From an uncultured Alphaproteobacteria bacterium (GTDB lineage: Bacteria > Pseudomonadota > Alphaproteobacteria > Micropepsales > Micropepsaceae): DNA of 64,000 nucleotides. A program made the translations under genes and the position numbers. The DNA lies in the NCBI GenBank assembly GCA_963802815.1, contig CAWDKN010000058.1:14214-78213 (forward strand), given 5' to 3'. A model generated the notes under the pieces. It saw only the letters and a list, made by a program, of their open reading frames with translations. It was not told the DNA's origin and searched no databases. Positions within the stretch are counted from its first letter, which is position 1, and each line of letters opens with the position of its first letter. This document shows positions 50,212-60,401 of the stretch, piece after piece.

Positions 50212-51000
50212 TCAGCGCCCCGTGAATTTCGCCGGACGGCGTTCGAGGAAGGCGGCGACGCCCTCCTTGTGATCGGCGGAGCGAAAGCATTCCGTCAGCG
50301 CTTCGACATGCGCGGCCATGTGCTCGCCCACATCGCGCTCGAGGCCGTGCCAGACGAGATCCTTCATCCGCTTGAGCGAGAAGGGTGACGACGCGAGATA
50401 ACGCCGCGCTTCCGCGATCGCCGCCTCCACGAGTTTCTCCGGTGCGACCATCTCGGCGGCATAGCCGATGGCGAGCGCGTCGGAGGCTTCGAGAAAGGCG
50501 CCCGTATACAAAAGCCTGAGCGCGCGCGACGGCCCGATCAGGCGCGGCAGCAGCCAGCTTCCCGCGCCGGTGTCGGGCACCAGGCCGCGATGGGCGAAGT
50601 TCCAGGCAAAGCGCGCGCGGTTGGTGACGATGCGCACGTCGCATTGGCTGGTGAACTCCGCGCCCATGCCGACCGCATAGCCGTCGATGGCGCCGATGAC
50701 GGGCTTGGGGCAGACCACGAGCGGCCACCATTTGCCGCCCTCATGCGCATTGCCGCGCACGCCGCGCGTCTCGCCCGGAACGGTGGAAAGATCGGCGAGG
50801 TCGGTCCCGGCGCAGAAGGCGCCTCCGCTGCCGGTCACGATGACGACGCGCACGCGTTCGTCGGCGCCGGCTTCCGCGACGCGCTCGGTGAAGGCGCGCA
50901 GCATCGCGTAGGTCATGGCGTTGCGTTTCTCGGGCCGGTCGATGGTGATCGTGGCGATGCCGTCGGGGTCGACCTCGTAACGGATGTGATGCTCTGTCAT
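50212..51000 (-). CDS. Enoyl-CoA hydratase/isomerase
   Basis: DRPEKRNA, FCAGTDL, KPVIGAIDGYAVGMG, EGVAAFLERR. Confidence 0.93.
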   Translation of the reverse strand: MTEHHIRYEVDPDGIATITIDRPEKRNAMTYAMLRAFTERVAEAGADERVRVVIVTGSGGAFCAGTDLADLSTVPGETRGVRGNAHEGGKWWPLVVCPKPVIGAIDGYAVGMGAEFTSQCDVRIVTNRARFAWNFAHRGLVPDTGAGSWLLPRLIGPSRALRLLYTGAFLEASDALAIGYAAEMVAPEKLVEAAIAEARRYLASSPFSLKRMKDLVWHGLERDVGEHMAAHVEALTECFRSADHKEGVAAFLERRPAKFTGR

Positions 51001-51028
51001 CGGCGTTGTTCCCTGATTGTGTTCGTTG

Positions 51029-51895
51029 TCAATCGATGGCTTCGACGCGCTCGGGATGGCCCGACCAGCGCCACGCCATGCTGGGCCGCGAGATGCCGAG
51101 CATCATGCCGCCGAGCGCGGGCGGATGCAGCCAGATCTGATCGGCGGTCTTCGCCGCGGCGCGGCCGGCAGGCCGGTCGACGGTAAGACCCGCGGCCTGC
51201 TCGCGCGCGTGCGCTTCGATGTCCGCCATCCGCGCGCTCTCGGCGAAGGCCATATAGAAGGAGCAGCGCTCGCGTGCGTAGAAGCGGCCCATGGTCTTGG
51301 CCATGTCGGTCGGCGTGATGACTTCGAAGCGATGCAGGAGGCCGGCGCGAAACAGCGTCAGCACGCCGGTGTAGCCGAACTGTTCCGAGGTGATGGTGGT
51401 GAAGTGCAACTCGTCCAGTGCGAAGACGCGCGCTATGCAATTCACCGCAGCAGCCTGATCGGCGGCGAGCACGGTTGCTTCATAGAGGAAATCGAGATCG
51501 CCCGCGCGTTCGCGCGTCGCCGGGGGCGAGATCACGAAACGGATCGGCGCGCCTTCGAGCGGGAACTGGAGATAGTGCTGCCTGCCTTCGCGCCGGTGCT
51601 CGGCGCCTTGGGCCTGCGCGTGCGCCGCGACCCCGTCGGCGTCCGGCGACGAGGCGCCGGCTGCGAAGAGGTGGGCGCGACCGCGGCGCTTGAGCTCGGA
51701 CTCGACGACGCCCGCGCCGTCGGGCTCGAGCAGCTCGACGTCGGAAATACCGGCGCGCAGCGTGATCCGTCTGGCACCGAGTGCCGCCACCTTGTCGCGT
51801 CCGACTTCGACGGCGCCGAGCAAAGCCTGCCACCTGACTGCCGCGGCGCCGGCATCGGGCGTTGCGAGCTGGACACGGTCGATCTCGGTGAGCAT
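51029..51895 (-). CDS. VOC/glyoxalase-like two-domain protein
   Basis: GGA RBS; EIDRVQLA...VELLEPDG and WLHPPALGGMMLGIS resemble VOC/epimerase folds. Confidence 0.6.
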   Translation of the reverse strand: MLTEIDRVQLATPDAGAAAVRWQALLGAVEVGRDKVAALGARRITLRAGISDVELLEPDGAGVVESELKRRGRAHLFAAGASSPDADGVAAHAQAQGAEHRREGRQHYLQFPLEGAPIRFVISPPATRERAGDLDFLYEATVLAADQAAAVNCIARVFALDELHFTTITSEQFGYTGVLTLFRAGLLHRFEVITPTDMAKTMGRFYARERCSFYMAFAESARMADIEAHAREQAAGLTVDRPAGRAAAKTADQIWLHPPALGGMMLGISRPSMAWRWSGHPERVEAID

Positions 51896-51905
51896 CTCGT
51901 TTTCC

Positions 51906-52325
51906 TCAGAAGGCCGCGCAGGCGGTTTCGGTGATGACGCCGACGGACAGTTGGCGGAACTGCGCGCGATAGGCGTCGCTGACGGCCGCGATGCGCGCGG
52001 CGACGGAGGCATCGGACGGAACGGCGACGATCACGACTTTCGATCTTTCGCGCACGATGCCGCGCGTTTCGGAATTCAGCCATTGGCCGCCGGCGTCATA
52101 GGCGGTGAAGCCGTCGGGGAAATTCGGCGTGAGCACTTTGGCAGCAAAGGACGACCATTCGCGATCGGTCAGCGGCCCGCGGCCGGCAATGCTGCGGCCG
52201 AAGAAGAGCTGGGCGACGAGCATCGGCTTCTGGCCGGGAAGAGGGCAAGGCGAGGGTTGGGAAAAGGCCTGTGATCCACCGAGGCATGCGGCGAGTGCGA
52301 TTGCCGCGATGCGTGCGAGTTTCAT
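51906..52325 (-). CDS. DUF3574-family protein
   Basis: LFFGR, VLTPNFPDGFT..DAGGQW, AYRAQFRQLSV. Confidence 0.8.
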   Translation of the reverse strand: MKLARIAAIALAACLGGSQAFSQPSPCPLPGQKPMLVAQLFFGRSIAGRGPLTDREWSSFAAKVLTPNFPDGFTAYDAGGQWLNSETRGIVRERSKVVIVAVPSDASVAARIAAVSDAYRAQFRQLSVGVITETACAAF

Positions 52326-52442
52326 CGGCGTCCCCCGGATTTTCTCTCCCGAGTATGACGATGCGCGGGTGTGGAGCAAACTGCGATCCTCCCCAATGCG
52401 CTACGCAAATCGCGCCAATTCCCGCCGCTTTTAGCTCACGTC

Positions 52443-52491
52443 ACTCCCCCCTTGCGGGCGGTGGAGTTGTGTTAATCGCGGAGGGGAGTGT
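52443..52491. repeat. REP-like hairpin; empty version of the outer MITE target
   Basis: ACTCCCCC-CTTGCGG-GCGGTGGAGT with a single CTTGCGG. Confidence 0.6.
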
Positions 52492-52495
52492 CGAC

Positions 52496-52951
52496 TCAGC
52501 GATCGTTGCGCTGGGGCGGCGTTGCAAGAACTGCGAGCGTGAAATTGCCGTTCCAGGGATCTCCGGACCGGGTGTTGGCGCCCACCGAGATGTAACAGGT
52601 CTCCGATTGCTTGACCGTGTAACTGTTGCCCGTGCCACCCCACGGCCCGTCGCCGGTGTCGCCGCAGGAAATCTCGCCCGTCATGTCGTGCGCGCCGACG
52701 AAGCTGACGATCACCGTCTGGCCCGCATCGACGTCGAGCGCGTAGGTAGCGCGATAGTTCTGTTGCGTGAGATGGCCGGTCACCGCGACGCCGTAGGCGC
52801 CGCGCTCCATCTTCAAAGGCGTCGGACACTGGCCGCGTGCGTCGCGCAAAGTGGCGGGACAATTGCCTTGTTGCGCCGAGGCGGATTGCATCGCCAAGGC
52901 CTGCAGGAGGCTCGCAAGGATGATGACGGACAGATTTCCAATCAGGCGCAT
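52496..52951 (-). CDS. Hypothetical secreted beta-sandwich protein
   Basis: GGAGA RBS, signal peptide, four Cys, YALDVDAGQTVIV pattern. Confidence 0.6.
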   Translation of the reverse strand: MRLIGNLSVIILASLLQALAMQSASAQQGNCPATLRDARGQCPTPLKMERGAYGVAVTGHLTQQNYRATYALDVDAGQTVIVSFVGAHDMTGEISCGDTGDGPWGGTGNSYTVKQSETCYISVGANTRSGDPWNGNFTLAVLATPPQRNDR

Positions 52952-53088
52952 GAATATTCTCCCCGTTCATTCGCAACGCATGACGATGCTCGCACGCTTT
53001 CGCGGCTTCGGAAACGGGCGTTCGGAGCAACCTGCGGCGGTGCGCAAAAGGGCCGGCCTTCCCTGACGGGAGGACCGGCCCGATTGGC

Positions 53089-53334
53089 TCACCCTTCGTA
53101 CTTGAACGACAAAAGTACGCGCGCGCGGAAGGCTGCGACCTTGCCGTTCTCGATCTTCATGTCGAGCTCGCGGATTTCGCCGATCCTGAGATCGCGCAGC
53201 GATTTCGCCGCGACCTCGACCGCGTTGCGCGCTGCATCCTCCCAGGACTTCGTGCTCGTCCCGATAACCTCAGTGACGCGATAGACGCCGTCGACCTGTT
53301 TCTTCGCCACGCTTTTCCTCCCCGGTTTTTTCAT
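53089..53334 (-). CDS. Dodecin
   Basis: VYRVTEVIGTSTKSWEDAA...LRDLR...LSFKYE. Confidence 0.92.
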   Translation of the reverse strand: MKKPGRKSVAKKQVDGVYRVTEVIGTSTKSWEDAARNAVEVAAKSLRDLRIGEIRELDMKIENGKVAAFRARVLLSFKYEG

Positions 53335-53368
53335 TGCGTTTCCAGTTTCCTTGGTTGCCGCGCGATCT

Positions 53369-54154
53369 CTAAACCACGACTTTCTTGTACAAATGCCAGG
53401 TCGCGTGACCGAGAATTGGCAGCACGATCGCGAGGCCGAACAGGAACGGGATCGATCCCAGCGCCAGCGAGACCGCGACGATCAGGCCCCAGACCGCCAT
53501 GATTGCCGGATTGGCCAGCACAGCGCGGACCGACGTGACGATCGCCGCGGGCGCGCCGACATTGCGGTCGAGCGCGAGCGGGATCGACACGACGCTGACC
53601 GTCAGCACGAGCACCGCAAACAGGAAGCCGACCCCGTTGCCGACAACGACAAGCGCCCAGCCTGACGGCGTCGCGACGATCATGTGCACGAAGTCGCCAA
53701 ACGACGAAGGCGCTGCGTTGCCGAGCGTACGCGAAAAGATCGTCTGGGCCGCGCCGAGCCAGGCGACGAAGATCACGGTCAACAGGACGCCGAGCGCGAA
53801 GATCGACCATTTCGCCGGCGAGCGGAACACGTCGAGGGCGTGACTCCAATTGCTGTCCAGTCCGAGCTCGCGCCTCCGGCTCAATTCGTAGAGACCGACG
53901 GCGGCGAAGGGCCCGATCAGCGCGAAGCCCGCGAGGAACGGATAGAGCAACGGCAGCGCGTCGCCGGTCGTCAGCACACGGCCGAGCAAGAGCCCGACGA
54001 CAGGGTAGAGCAGACACAGGAACACCGCTTCAGTCGGCATCGCGCGGAAATCGTCGATGCCCTGGGCGAGCGCATCTCGCAGATCGCTTAGTCCGATGCG
54101 GCGGACAGCAGGGAGTGCTGGCCGCGTGTCGGCTTCATAGGTGATGGTTGCCAT
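53369..54154 (-). CDS. DUF2189 integral membrane protein
   Basis: GFALIGPFAAVGLYELSRRRE, LPILGHATWHLY. Confidence 0.88.
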   Translation of the reverse strand: MATITYEADTRPALPAVRRIGLSDLRDALAQGIDDFRAMPTEAVFLCLLYPVVGLLLGRVLTTGDALPLLYPFLAGFALIGPFAAVGLYELSRRRELGLDSNWSHALDVFRSPAKWSIFALGVLLTVIFVAWLGAAQTIFSRTLGNAAPSSFGDFVHMIVATPSGWALVVVGNGVGFLFAVLVLTVSVVSIPLALDRNVGAPAAIVTSVRAVLANPAIMAVWGLIVAVSLALGSIPFLFGLAIVLPILGHATWHLYKKVVV

Positions 54155-54368
54155 AGCCGTCCCTTCCTCAGAGGTTGCTGAGCTTTCGGGATGCCTGCGC
54201 GACATATGAGCGGATAACAGGCGCTCACGCAGCCCGTGCTCTTTTCGTAGCCCGACCGTACACCCGCGCGCCTTCGCGTAATACGAGTATTCGCTGTTCC
54301 GCGCCCATCCTTTTGCTAGTCTCTGCTCTGCATGGCCATGGTGCAGTGCAAGATAGCGGTGGGAACTC

Positions 54369-55583
54369 ATGACGGAACAATTCGACGCGAAAGCCTGGGC
54401 GGATGCCGGGGCGGCGCTGCTGCCCGAGATGATAGCGCTGCGCCGCGCCATCCATGCCGATCCGGAACTGGGGCTGATGACGCCGCGCACGACCGCGAAG
54501 GCGAAAGAGGCCCTAGCCGGCCTGCCGCTGGAAATCATCGAGGGCCCCTCGACCACGGGCTTCATTGCCCTGCTGCGTGGACCCGCGAACGGCCGCACGG
54601 TGCTGTTGCGCGGCGACATGGACGCGCTGCCGATGAACGAGGACACGGGACTTGCCTTCACCTCGCGCAACAGCGGGGCGATGCATGCCTGCGGTCACGA
54701 CACCCATGTGGCGATGCTGGCGGGCGCCGCGAAGGCGCTGTGCGCGCGGCGCGACAAGCTCGCCGGTTCTGTGATGTTCATGTTTCAGCCGGGCGAGGAA
54801 GGCCATCACGGCGCCCGCTTCATGCTGGATGACGGGCTGATCGATCCGCTGCCCGACGCGGCGTTCGCCATCCACATCTCGCCCAACATGCCGGCCGGCG
54901 TGTTCGGAAGCCGGCCCGGCCCGCTTCTCGCCGCGGCCGATCGCATCGTCATGACCATCACCGGCAAGGGCGGACACGCATCGCAGCCGCATCTGGCGGT
55001 CGATCCGATTCCGGTCGCAGCCGAGATCGTGACGGCACTGCAGAGCCTCGTCACCCGGCGCATCCCCGCCTTCGATCCGGTGGTTATCACCATCGGCCGC
55101 ATCACCGCGGGCACGACGAACAATGTCATCCCCGAAACGGCGGAGCTGGAAGGCACGATCCGCAGCTTCTCCGAAAGCTCGCGCAAGACGGCGCATGAAG
55201 GTGTGCGGCGCATCGGCGAGCATGTGGCCGCGGCGCATCTCGCCAAGGCCGACGTGGAGATCATCCCGGGCTTTCCCGTCACCGTATGCGACGAGAAGGC
55301 CGTGGCGCTGGCGCGGACGGCGGCGAAGGCGCTGTTCGGCGAGGCAGGTTGGATTTCGATCCCGGCCCCGATCATGGGCGCGGAGGATTTCGCCTATGTG
55401 CTGCAGAAGGTGCCCGGCGTGATGGTGATGCTGGGCGCGGTGCCGGAAGGCGGCGATTTTCACACCTGCTGCGGCCTGCACTCCAACCGCATGATGCTGG
55501 ACGAGAACGTCATGGCGCGCGGCGTGGCGATGCACTGCGCCTATGCGGAAGCGTTCCTCGGCGACGGGTTCGGAGCGAGCTGA
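54369..55583 (+). CDS. M20D amidohydrolase (hippuricase-like)
   Basis: LRGDMDALP, HACGHDTH, QPGEEG, GGHAS, EDF. Confidence 0.93.
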   Translation: MTEQFDAKAWADAGAALLPEMIALRRAIHADPELGLMTPRTTAKAKEALAGLPLEIIEGPSTTGFIALLRGPANGRTVLLRGDMDALPMNEDTGLAFTSRNSGAMHACGHDTHVAMLAGAAKALCARRDKLAGSVMFMFQPGEEGHHGARFMLDDGLIDPLPDAAFAIHISPNMPAGVFGSRPGPLLAAADRIVMTITGKGGHASQPHLAVDPIPVAAEIVTALQSLVTRRIPAFDPVVITIGRITAGTTNNVIPETAELEGTIRSFSESSRKTAHEGVRRIGEHVAAAHLAKADVEIIPGFPVTVCDEKAVALARTAAKALFGEAGWISIPAPIMGAEDFAYVLQKVPGVMVMLGAVPEGGDFHTCCGLHSNRMMLDENVMARGVAMHCAYAEAFLGDGFGAS

Positions 55584-56995
55584 TCACGCCGCGCCGGCAC
55601 CCTGCACCGTCTTGTAACCTTCAAGCGCGGCCTTGCGCGCCGTGCCGTGATCGACGATCGGATTCGGGTAGCCGACGCCGAGGCGGACGCCGGCTGAGGC
55701 CATCACGTCCGGCTCCGCATCGAAAGGCGCGTGGATGGCGGAGGCGGGAAGCTTCGCCAGCTCCGGGCACCAGCGGCGCACATAGGCACCGTCGGGATCG
55801 AATTTGCGGCCCTGGCATGACGGGATTGAAGATCCGGAAATAGGGCGACGCGTCCGCGCCGGAACCCGCGACCCACTGCCAGCCGGCGGCGTTGTTGGCG
55901 AGATCGGCGTCGACGAGCGTGTCCCAGAACCATCTCTCGCCCTCGCGCCAGTCGATGCGCAGGTGCTTGACGAGAAAGCTCGCCGCGACCATGCGCGCGC
56001 GGTTGTGCATCCACCCGGTTTGCCACAGCTCGCGCATGCCGGCGTCGACGAAAGGATACCCGGTCGAACCCTTGCGCCAGGCGGCGAAATGCGCCGCGTT
56101 GCCGCTCCATGGATAGGCGTTGAATCCCGGCTTCCAGTTTTCGTCGGGCAGCGTCGGGAAGTGATAGAGCAGATAGTGCGCGAATTCGCGCCAGCCGATC
56201 TCGCTGCGGAATTTCGCGACGCTCGCGTCTTTCCTCGGATCGCACGCCTCGATTGCAAGCCGCGCCCAGATCTGTCGTGGCGAAATCTCGCCCCAATGCA
56301 GATGCGCCGAAAGGCGCGAGACCTGCGCAAGGCCGGGGCGATCGCGGCCGCCGGCGTAAGCGGTAAGTCCGTCCTCGACGAAGGCGTCGAGCCGCGCCGC
56401 GGCGCCCTGCTCGCCCGGCGTCCAGATCTTGTCCCAGCCGCGCGCCCAGTCGGGCTTGCGCGGCAGGAGGCCGAGATCCGCGAGCGGCAGGCCGACGCCG
56501 TCCGGCACTGCAATCGCGCGGTTTCGCCGTTCGCGCCGGCGGCAGGACAGGCGCGGCAAGACAGGCCCGCCAGTAGGGCGTGAAGACCTTGAACGGCGTG
56601 CCGCCCTGCGTTGCGACCTCCCATGGCTCGTGCAGCAGCGCGGCATTGAAGCTTTTGACGTCGTATCCCGACTCGCCGAGCGATTTCTTCAACACAGTGT
56701 CGCGCGCGATCGCGTGCGGATCGTAGCAGCGATTCCAGTGGATCGCTCCGGCATTCGTTTTCTTCGCGAGCTCGGGCAGAAGCGCCAGCGGATCGCCGCG
56801 CAGAACAACGAGCCCGCCCAGCGCGGTCTGGAGCGCTGCAAGGGCGTGATGCAGCCACCAGCGGCTCGCCGCACCCGGCGTCCACTGGTCGGTATCGTCG
56901 AGGATGAAAACCGGCAGTATGGAGCCCATTGCCGCGGCGAGCGCGGGGTTGTCCTGGATGCGCAAATCCTGCCGGAACCAGACGATCGTCGTCAT
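55584..56995 (-). CDS. phrB: Deoxyribodipyrimidine photolyase (frameshifts near 56520 and 55815)
   Basis: WFRQDLRIQDNPAL, SRLSAHLHWGEISP, WMHNRARM, GWQWVAGSGADASPYFRIFNP, KFDPDGAYVRRW across three frames. Confidence 0.9.
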
Positions 56996-57058
56996 GCGTG
57001 CCGACAATAGCCGCCTATTCGGCGCGATGGAATCGTTAGCCCAATTGCCGCATGGCAG

Positions 57059-57853
57059 CTAACCCAGTACGAGCCCGCCATCGATGATGAGATCGATGCC
57101 GGTGACGTATTTCGCCTCGTCGCTGGCGAGATAGAGGATGCCGCCGGCGATGTCTTCGGGCGTGCCCTTGATGCCGAGCGGCACGAAATTCTTCGCCAGT
57201 GCATCGGGATCGCGCGCGAGCGGCAGGTTGCCGTTGGCGTCGCGCTGCGCTGGACCTTCGAAGGTGCTGTAGATCGGCGTGCCCACGACGCCCGGAAGGA
57301 CGGCATTCACGCGTACGCCGTCTTTCAGCGCAGCGCATTGGAGCGCGACCGATTTCGTCAGCGCGCGCACGCCGGCTTTGGTCGCGGCGTAGGAAACGAG
57401 ATTGCCCGATCCGCCGATGCCGGCCGTCGAGGAGACGTTGACGATTGCGCCGCCGCCCGAGGCGCGCAGCAGCGGCAATCCGTATTTGATGCCGAGGAAG
57501 ACGCCCTCGAGATTGATCGCCTGCTGGCGGCGCCAGTCGGCGAGGCTGAGCTCGGTGATCGGTCCCGCGATGGCGATGCCGGCATTGTTCACGAGCACGT
57601 CGAGGCGTCCGAATTCGGCGCGGATCGCATCGATGGTGCGTTTCCACGTCTCTTCGTCGGCGACATCCTGGTGGCGATAGGCGGCGTTGCCGCCGTTCTT
57701 GCGGATGGCAGCGGCGGTCTCCTCGCCGAGCGAGTCCTGCACGTCGGTGAGGACGACGCGGGCCTCTTCCTTCGCGAAAAGCTCCGCGGTGGCGCGGCCG
57801 ATGCCGCTGGCGGCGCCCGTGATCAACGCGACTTTGCCGGTGAGCTTTGCCAT
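57059..57853 (-). CDS. Short-chain dehydrogenase/reductase
   Basis: TGAASGIG, NNAG, YAATK. Confidence 0.95.
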   Translation of the reverse strand: MAKLTGKVALITGAASGIGRATAELFAKEEARVVLTDVQDSLGEETAAAIRKNGGNAAYRHQDVADEETWKRTIDAIRAEFGRLDVLVNNAGIAIAGPITELSLADWRRQQAINLEGVFLGIKYGLPLLRASGGGAIVNVSSTAGIGGSGNLVSYAATKAGVRALTKSVALQCAALKDGVRVNAVLPGVVGTPIYSTFEGPAQRDANGNLPLARDPDALAKNFVPLGIKGTPEDIAGGILYLASDEAKYVTGIDLIIDGGLVLG

Positions 57854-57856
57854 GGC

Positions 57857-58771
57857 TTAAGCGCTGAATGCGAGCTTGAGACCCGGACGCGGCCAGCGCC
57901 CCTTGAGAAGCCGCCCCGTGCTCGAAGCCGTCACCCAGACGTCGCGCATGTCGGCGCCGCCGAAGGCCAGGTTCGTCACGGCAAGATCGTCGATCGGCAC
58001 GTGCTCGGTCGAGCCGCTCGGATCGAAGATGGTGATGCCGCCATTGAGGATCGTGCCGACGCAGATCTTGCCGCTTGCCTCGACCTTCAAACTGTCGAGC
58101 AGCTGATGGCCGGGAAGGGTTGCGATCACGCGGCCCGGCGCCCAGGGAAACGGCGGCGGTTTCAGCGTGCCCGGCAATTCGATGTCCGCGGCCCAGAGTC
58201 GGCCCGTCGTCGTGTCGGCCCAGTAGACGACCTTTTCGTCGGGCGACAATCCGACGCCGTTCGGCGCCGGCAACTCGCTGCGCGCGAGCGCGATGTGCGA
58301 GCCGTCGGCTTTCGCATAGTGAAGCGCGCCATATTCGCGATATTCGTGAGTCGACTTGCCGTGGTCGCTGAACCAGAACCCGCCCTCGCCGTCGAAAACG
58401 AGATCGTTCGGCCCCTTGAGCGGCTTGCCGTCACAGGAATCGTAGAGCGTGGTCAGCACATTGGTCTTGAGGTCGAGGCGCTGGATGCGGCCGCCGATAT
58501 AATCGTGCGGCTTGTGGCCGGGAATGAACGTGCCCGCGGCCTCGTACCATTCGAAGCCGCCATTGTTGCAGATGTAGAGCGCGCCGTCGGGACCGATGGC
58601 GAGGCCGTTCGGTCCGCCGCCGGTCTTGGCGACCACGTTCACCTTTCCATCCGGCATCACGCGCGAGACGGTCTGACGGCGGATCTCCACGATCAGCACG
58701 GAGCCATCCGCCATGACGACAGGCCCTTCGGGAAACCACAGGCCTTCGGCGACAGTCAGGAATTCGATCAT
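57857..58771 (-). CDS. SMP-30/gluconolactonase family protein
   Basis: FPEGP, GPNG, PNDLVFD, PNGVGLSPD, TNLAFGG. Confidence 0.92.
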   Translation of the reverse strand: MIEFLTVAEGLWFPEGPVVMADGSVLIVEIRRQTVSRVMPDGKVNVVAKTGGGPNGLAIGPDGALYICNNGGFEWYEAAGTFIPGHKPHDYIGGRIQRLDLKTNVLTTLYDSCDGKPLKGPNDLVFDGEGGFWFSDHGKSTHEYREYGALHYAKADGSHIALARSELPAPNGVGLSPDEKVVYWADTTTGRLWAADIELPGTLKPPPFPWAPGRVIATLPGHQLLDSLKVEASGKICVGTILNGGITIFDPSGSTEHVPIDDLAVTNLAFGGADMRDVWVTASSTGRLLKGRWPRPGLKLAFSA

Positions 58772-58785
58772 GGCGGTGTCCCGGC

Positions 58786-59172
58786 TTAGAGGCCTTCGCG
58801 GAATTTTGCGACGGCGGCGGAATTGAAATATTCGTCGAGCCGGGTGATCTTGCCGTTCTTCACCCGGCAGACGATGCAGGCCGAGAGGCTGACCTGCTTA
58901 CCATCCTTGCGCGTGCCCTCGAGCACATGCTGCTGCACGAAGCCGCCGGGGAACGCGTCCAGGCGGCGCTGGGTGTAGGCGCGCTTCGGAATGCGCTGGA
59001 CCATGCCCGTCAGCGTCGCGACGTTGTCCTGCTTGGTCTGGATGAGGTTGTCGGTGTTGTGCCAGATCTCGACGTTGTCGTCATAGACCTCGTGCAGGAT
59101 GTTGATGTCGCCCTTTTCGATGCCGTCGAAGAAGCGCTTCGCGAGCGCTGCAATGTCCTTTGGGTCGTCCAT
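58786..59172 (-). CDS. SnoaL/NTF2-like protein (copy 1)
   Basis: IWHNTD...GGFVQQHVL...ITRLDEYFNS. Confidence 0.85.
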   Translation of the reverse strand: MDDPKDIAALAKRFFDGIEKGDINILHEVYDDNVEIWHNTDNLIQTKQDNVATLTGMVQRIPKRAYTQRRLDAFPGGFVQQHVLEGTRKDGKQVSLSACIVCRVKNGKITRLDEYFNSAAVAKFREGL

Positions 59173-59281
59173 GATGCGTTCCTTCCCTTGGTTTTGTTTC
59201 CCGCCCAGACGTTATTGGCCCGACCGGGGGTGTCTAGAAAGTACATGCAACTGCGCCGTACGGCCGGGCCGTGGGCACTGA

Positions 59282-59665
59282 TCAGTCCCCGAGAAACGCG
59301 TCTGCCGCCACGGAATTGAAATATTCGTCGAGCCGCGTGATCCTCCCGTTCTGAACCTTGCAGACGATGACGGCCGGCAGGCTCACCTTCACGCCGTCCT
59401 TGCGCGTGCCGATGAGAACATGCTGCTGCACGAAGCCGCCCGGGTACGCATCGAGCCGGCGGTCGGTGAACCGGCGTTGCGGATATTTCGCGATCACGCC
59501 CTTCAGCGTCTCGACGTTCTCGCTCTTGGTCTGCACGACGCCGTCGGTGTTGTGCCAGATTCCCACCGTGTCGGCGTAGCTGTCGTGAAGAACCGATATG
59601 TCGTCGTTCTCGATTCCGTCAAAGAAGCTCCTGGCAAGAGCGGCAACATTTTTCGCGTCGTCCAT
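59282..59665 (-). CDS. SnoaL/NTF2-like protein (copy 2, tandem paralogue)
   Basis: Same motifs as copy 1. Confidence 0.85.
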   Translation of the reverse strand: MDDAKNVAALARSFFDGIENDDISVLHDSYADTVGIWHNTDGVVQTKSENVETLKGVIAKYPQRRFTDRRLDAYPGGFVQQHVLIGTRKDGVKVSLPAVIVCKVQNGRITRLDEYFNSVAADAFLGD

Positions 59666-59841
59666 GGCCCCGTTCCTGCTTGTCTCCCGGTCCGAAGGTT
59701 ATTGCTTCGAATTCGAAGTGTCCAGAAGATGTATGCAGCCTCGCCGCCGCCGCGGGCCTGCCGCAAGCCGCTCAGTTTCCCAACCGATTGTATTGCGGAT
59801 GTGCCGCCGCTATTGCTTGTGCTCCTCGTCGCGACCGAAGC

Positions 59842-60312
59842 ATGGCCCGCTCGAAAAAAGACACGTCCCTCGAATTCTACGAAGAGCCGACGAACAGCAT
59901 CGGCTATCTGGCGCGGATCACGTTCCGCGCCTTCTCGCGGAACCTCGAGCGACGGACGCTGCCCTACGGCGTCTCCGCCGGGCAGTGGCCGTTTCTGCGC
60001 GCGCTGTGGAGAGAGGAAGGCATGACGCAGCGTGAGCTTTCGAAACGTGCCGTAATGCGCGAGCCGACGACGGTGACCGCCCTCAACTCGCTGGAGAAAA
60101 GCGGCCTCGTGCGCCGCGTGCCGAGCAAGGAAGACCGCCGCAAGGTGCACGTATACCTGACGCCCAAGGGGCGAAGGCTGAAGGAAAAGCTGCTGCCGTT
60201 CATCGCGGAGGTGAACGCGATTGCGTCGCAGGGCCTGAGACAGAGCGATGTCGACGAGCTGCGCCGCGTGCTGCTCAGCATGAGCGCGAGTTTCACGAAG
60301 GAAGAACGTTAG
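59842..60312 (+). CDS. MarR-family regulator
   Basis: GMTQRELS...LEKSGLVRR...DRRKVHVYLTPKGR. Confidence 0.92.
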   Translation: MARSKKDTSLEFYEEPTNSIGYLARITFRAFSRNLERRTLPYGVSAGQWPFLRALWREEGMTQRELSKRAVMREPTTVTALNSLEKSGLVRRVPSKEDRRKVHVYLTPKGRRLKEKLLPFIAEVNAIASQGLRQSDVDELRRVLLSMSASFTKEER

Positions 60313-60343
60313 GCCGCGGCTCGAGTTGCAATGCCGGCGTTGC

Positions 60344-60398
60344 CCCCTCCGTCGCGCACTTCACGCGCGCCACCTCTCCGAGGCTTCGCACGGGGAGG
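60344..60398. repeat. REP-like half element between convergent genes
   Basis: CCCCCTCCGTC...GCCACCTCTCC...GGGGAGGA. Confidence 0.5.
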
Positions 60399-60401
60399 AA
60401 A

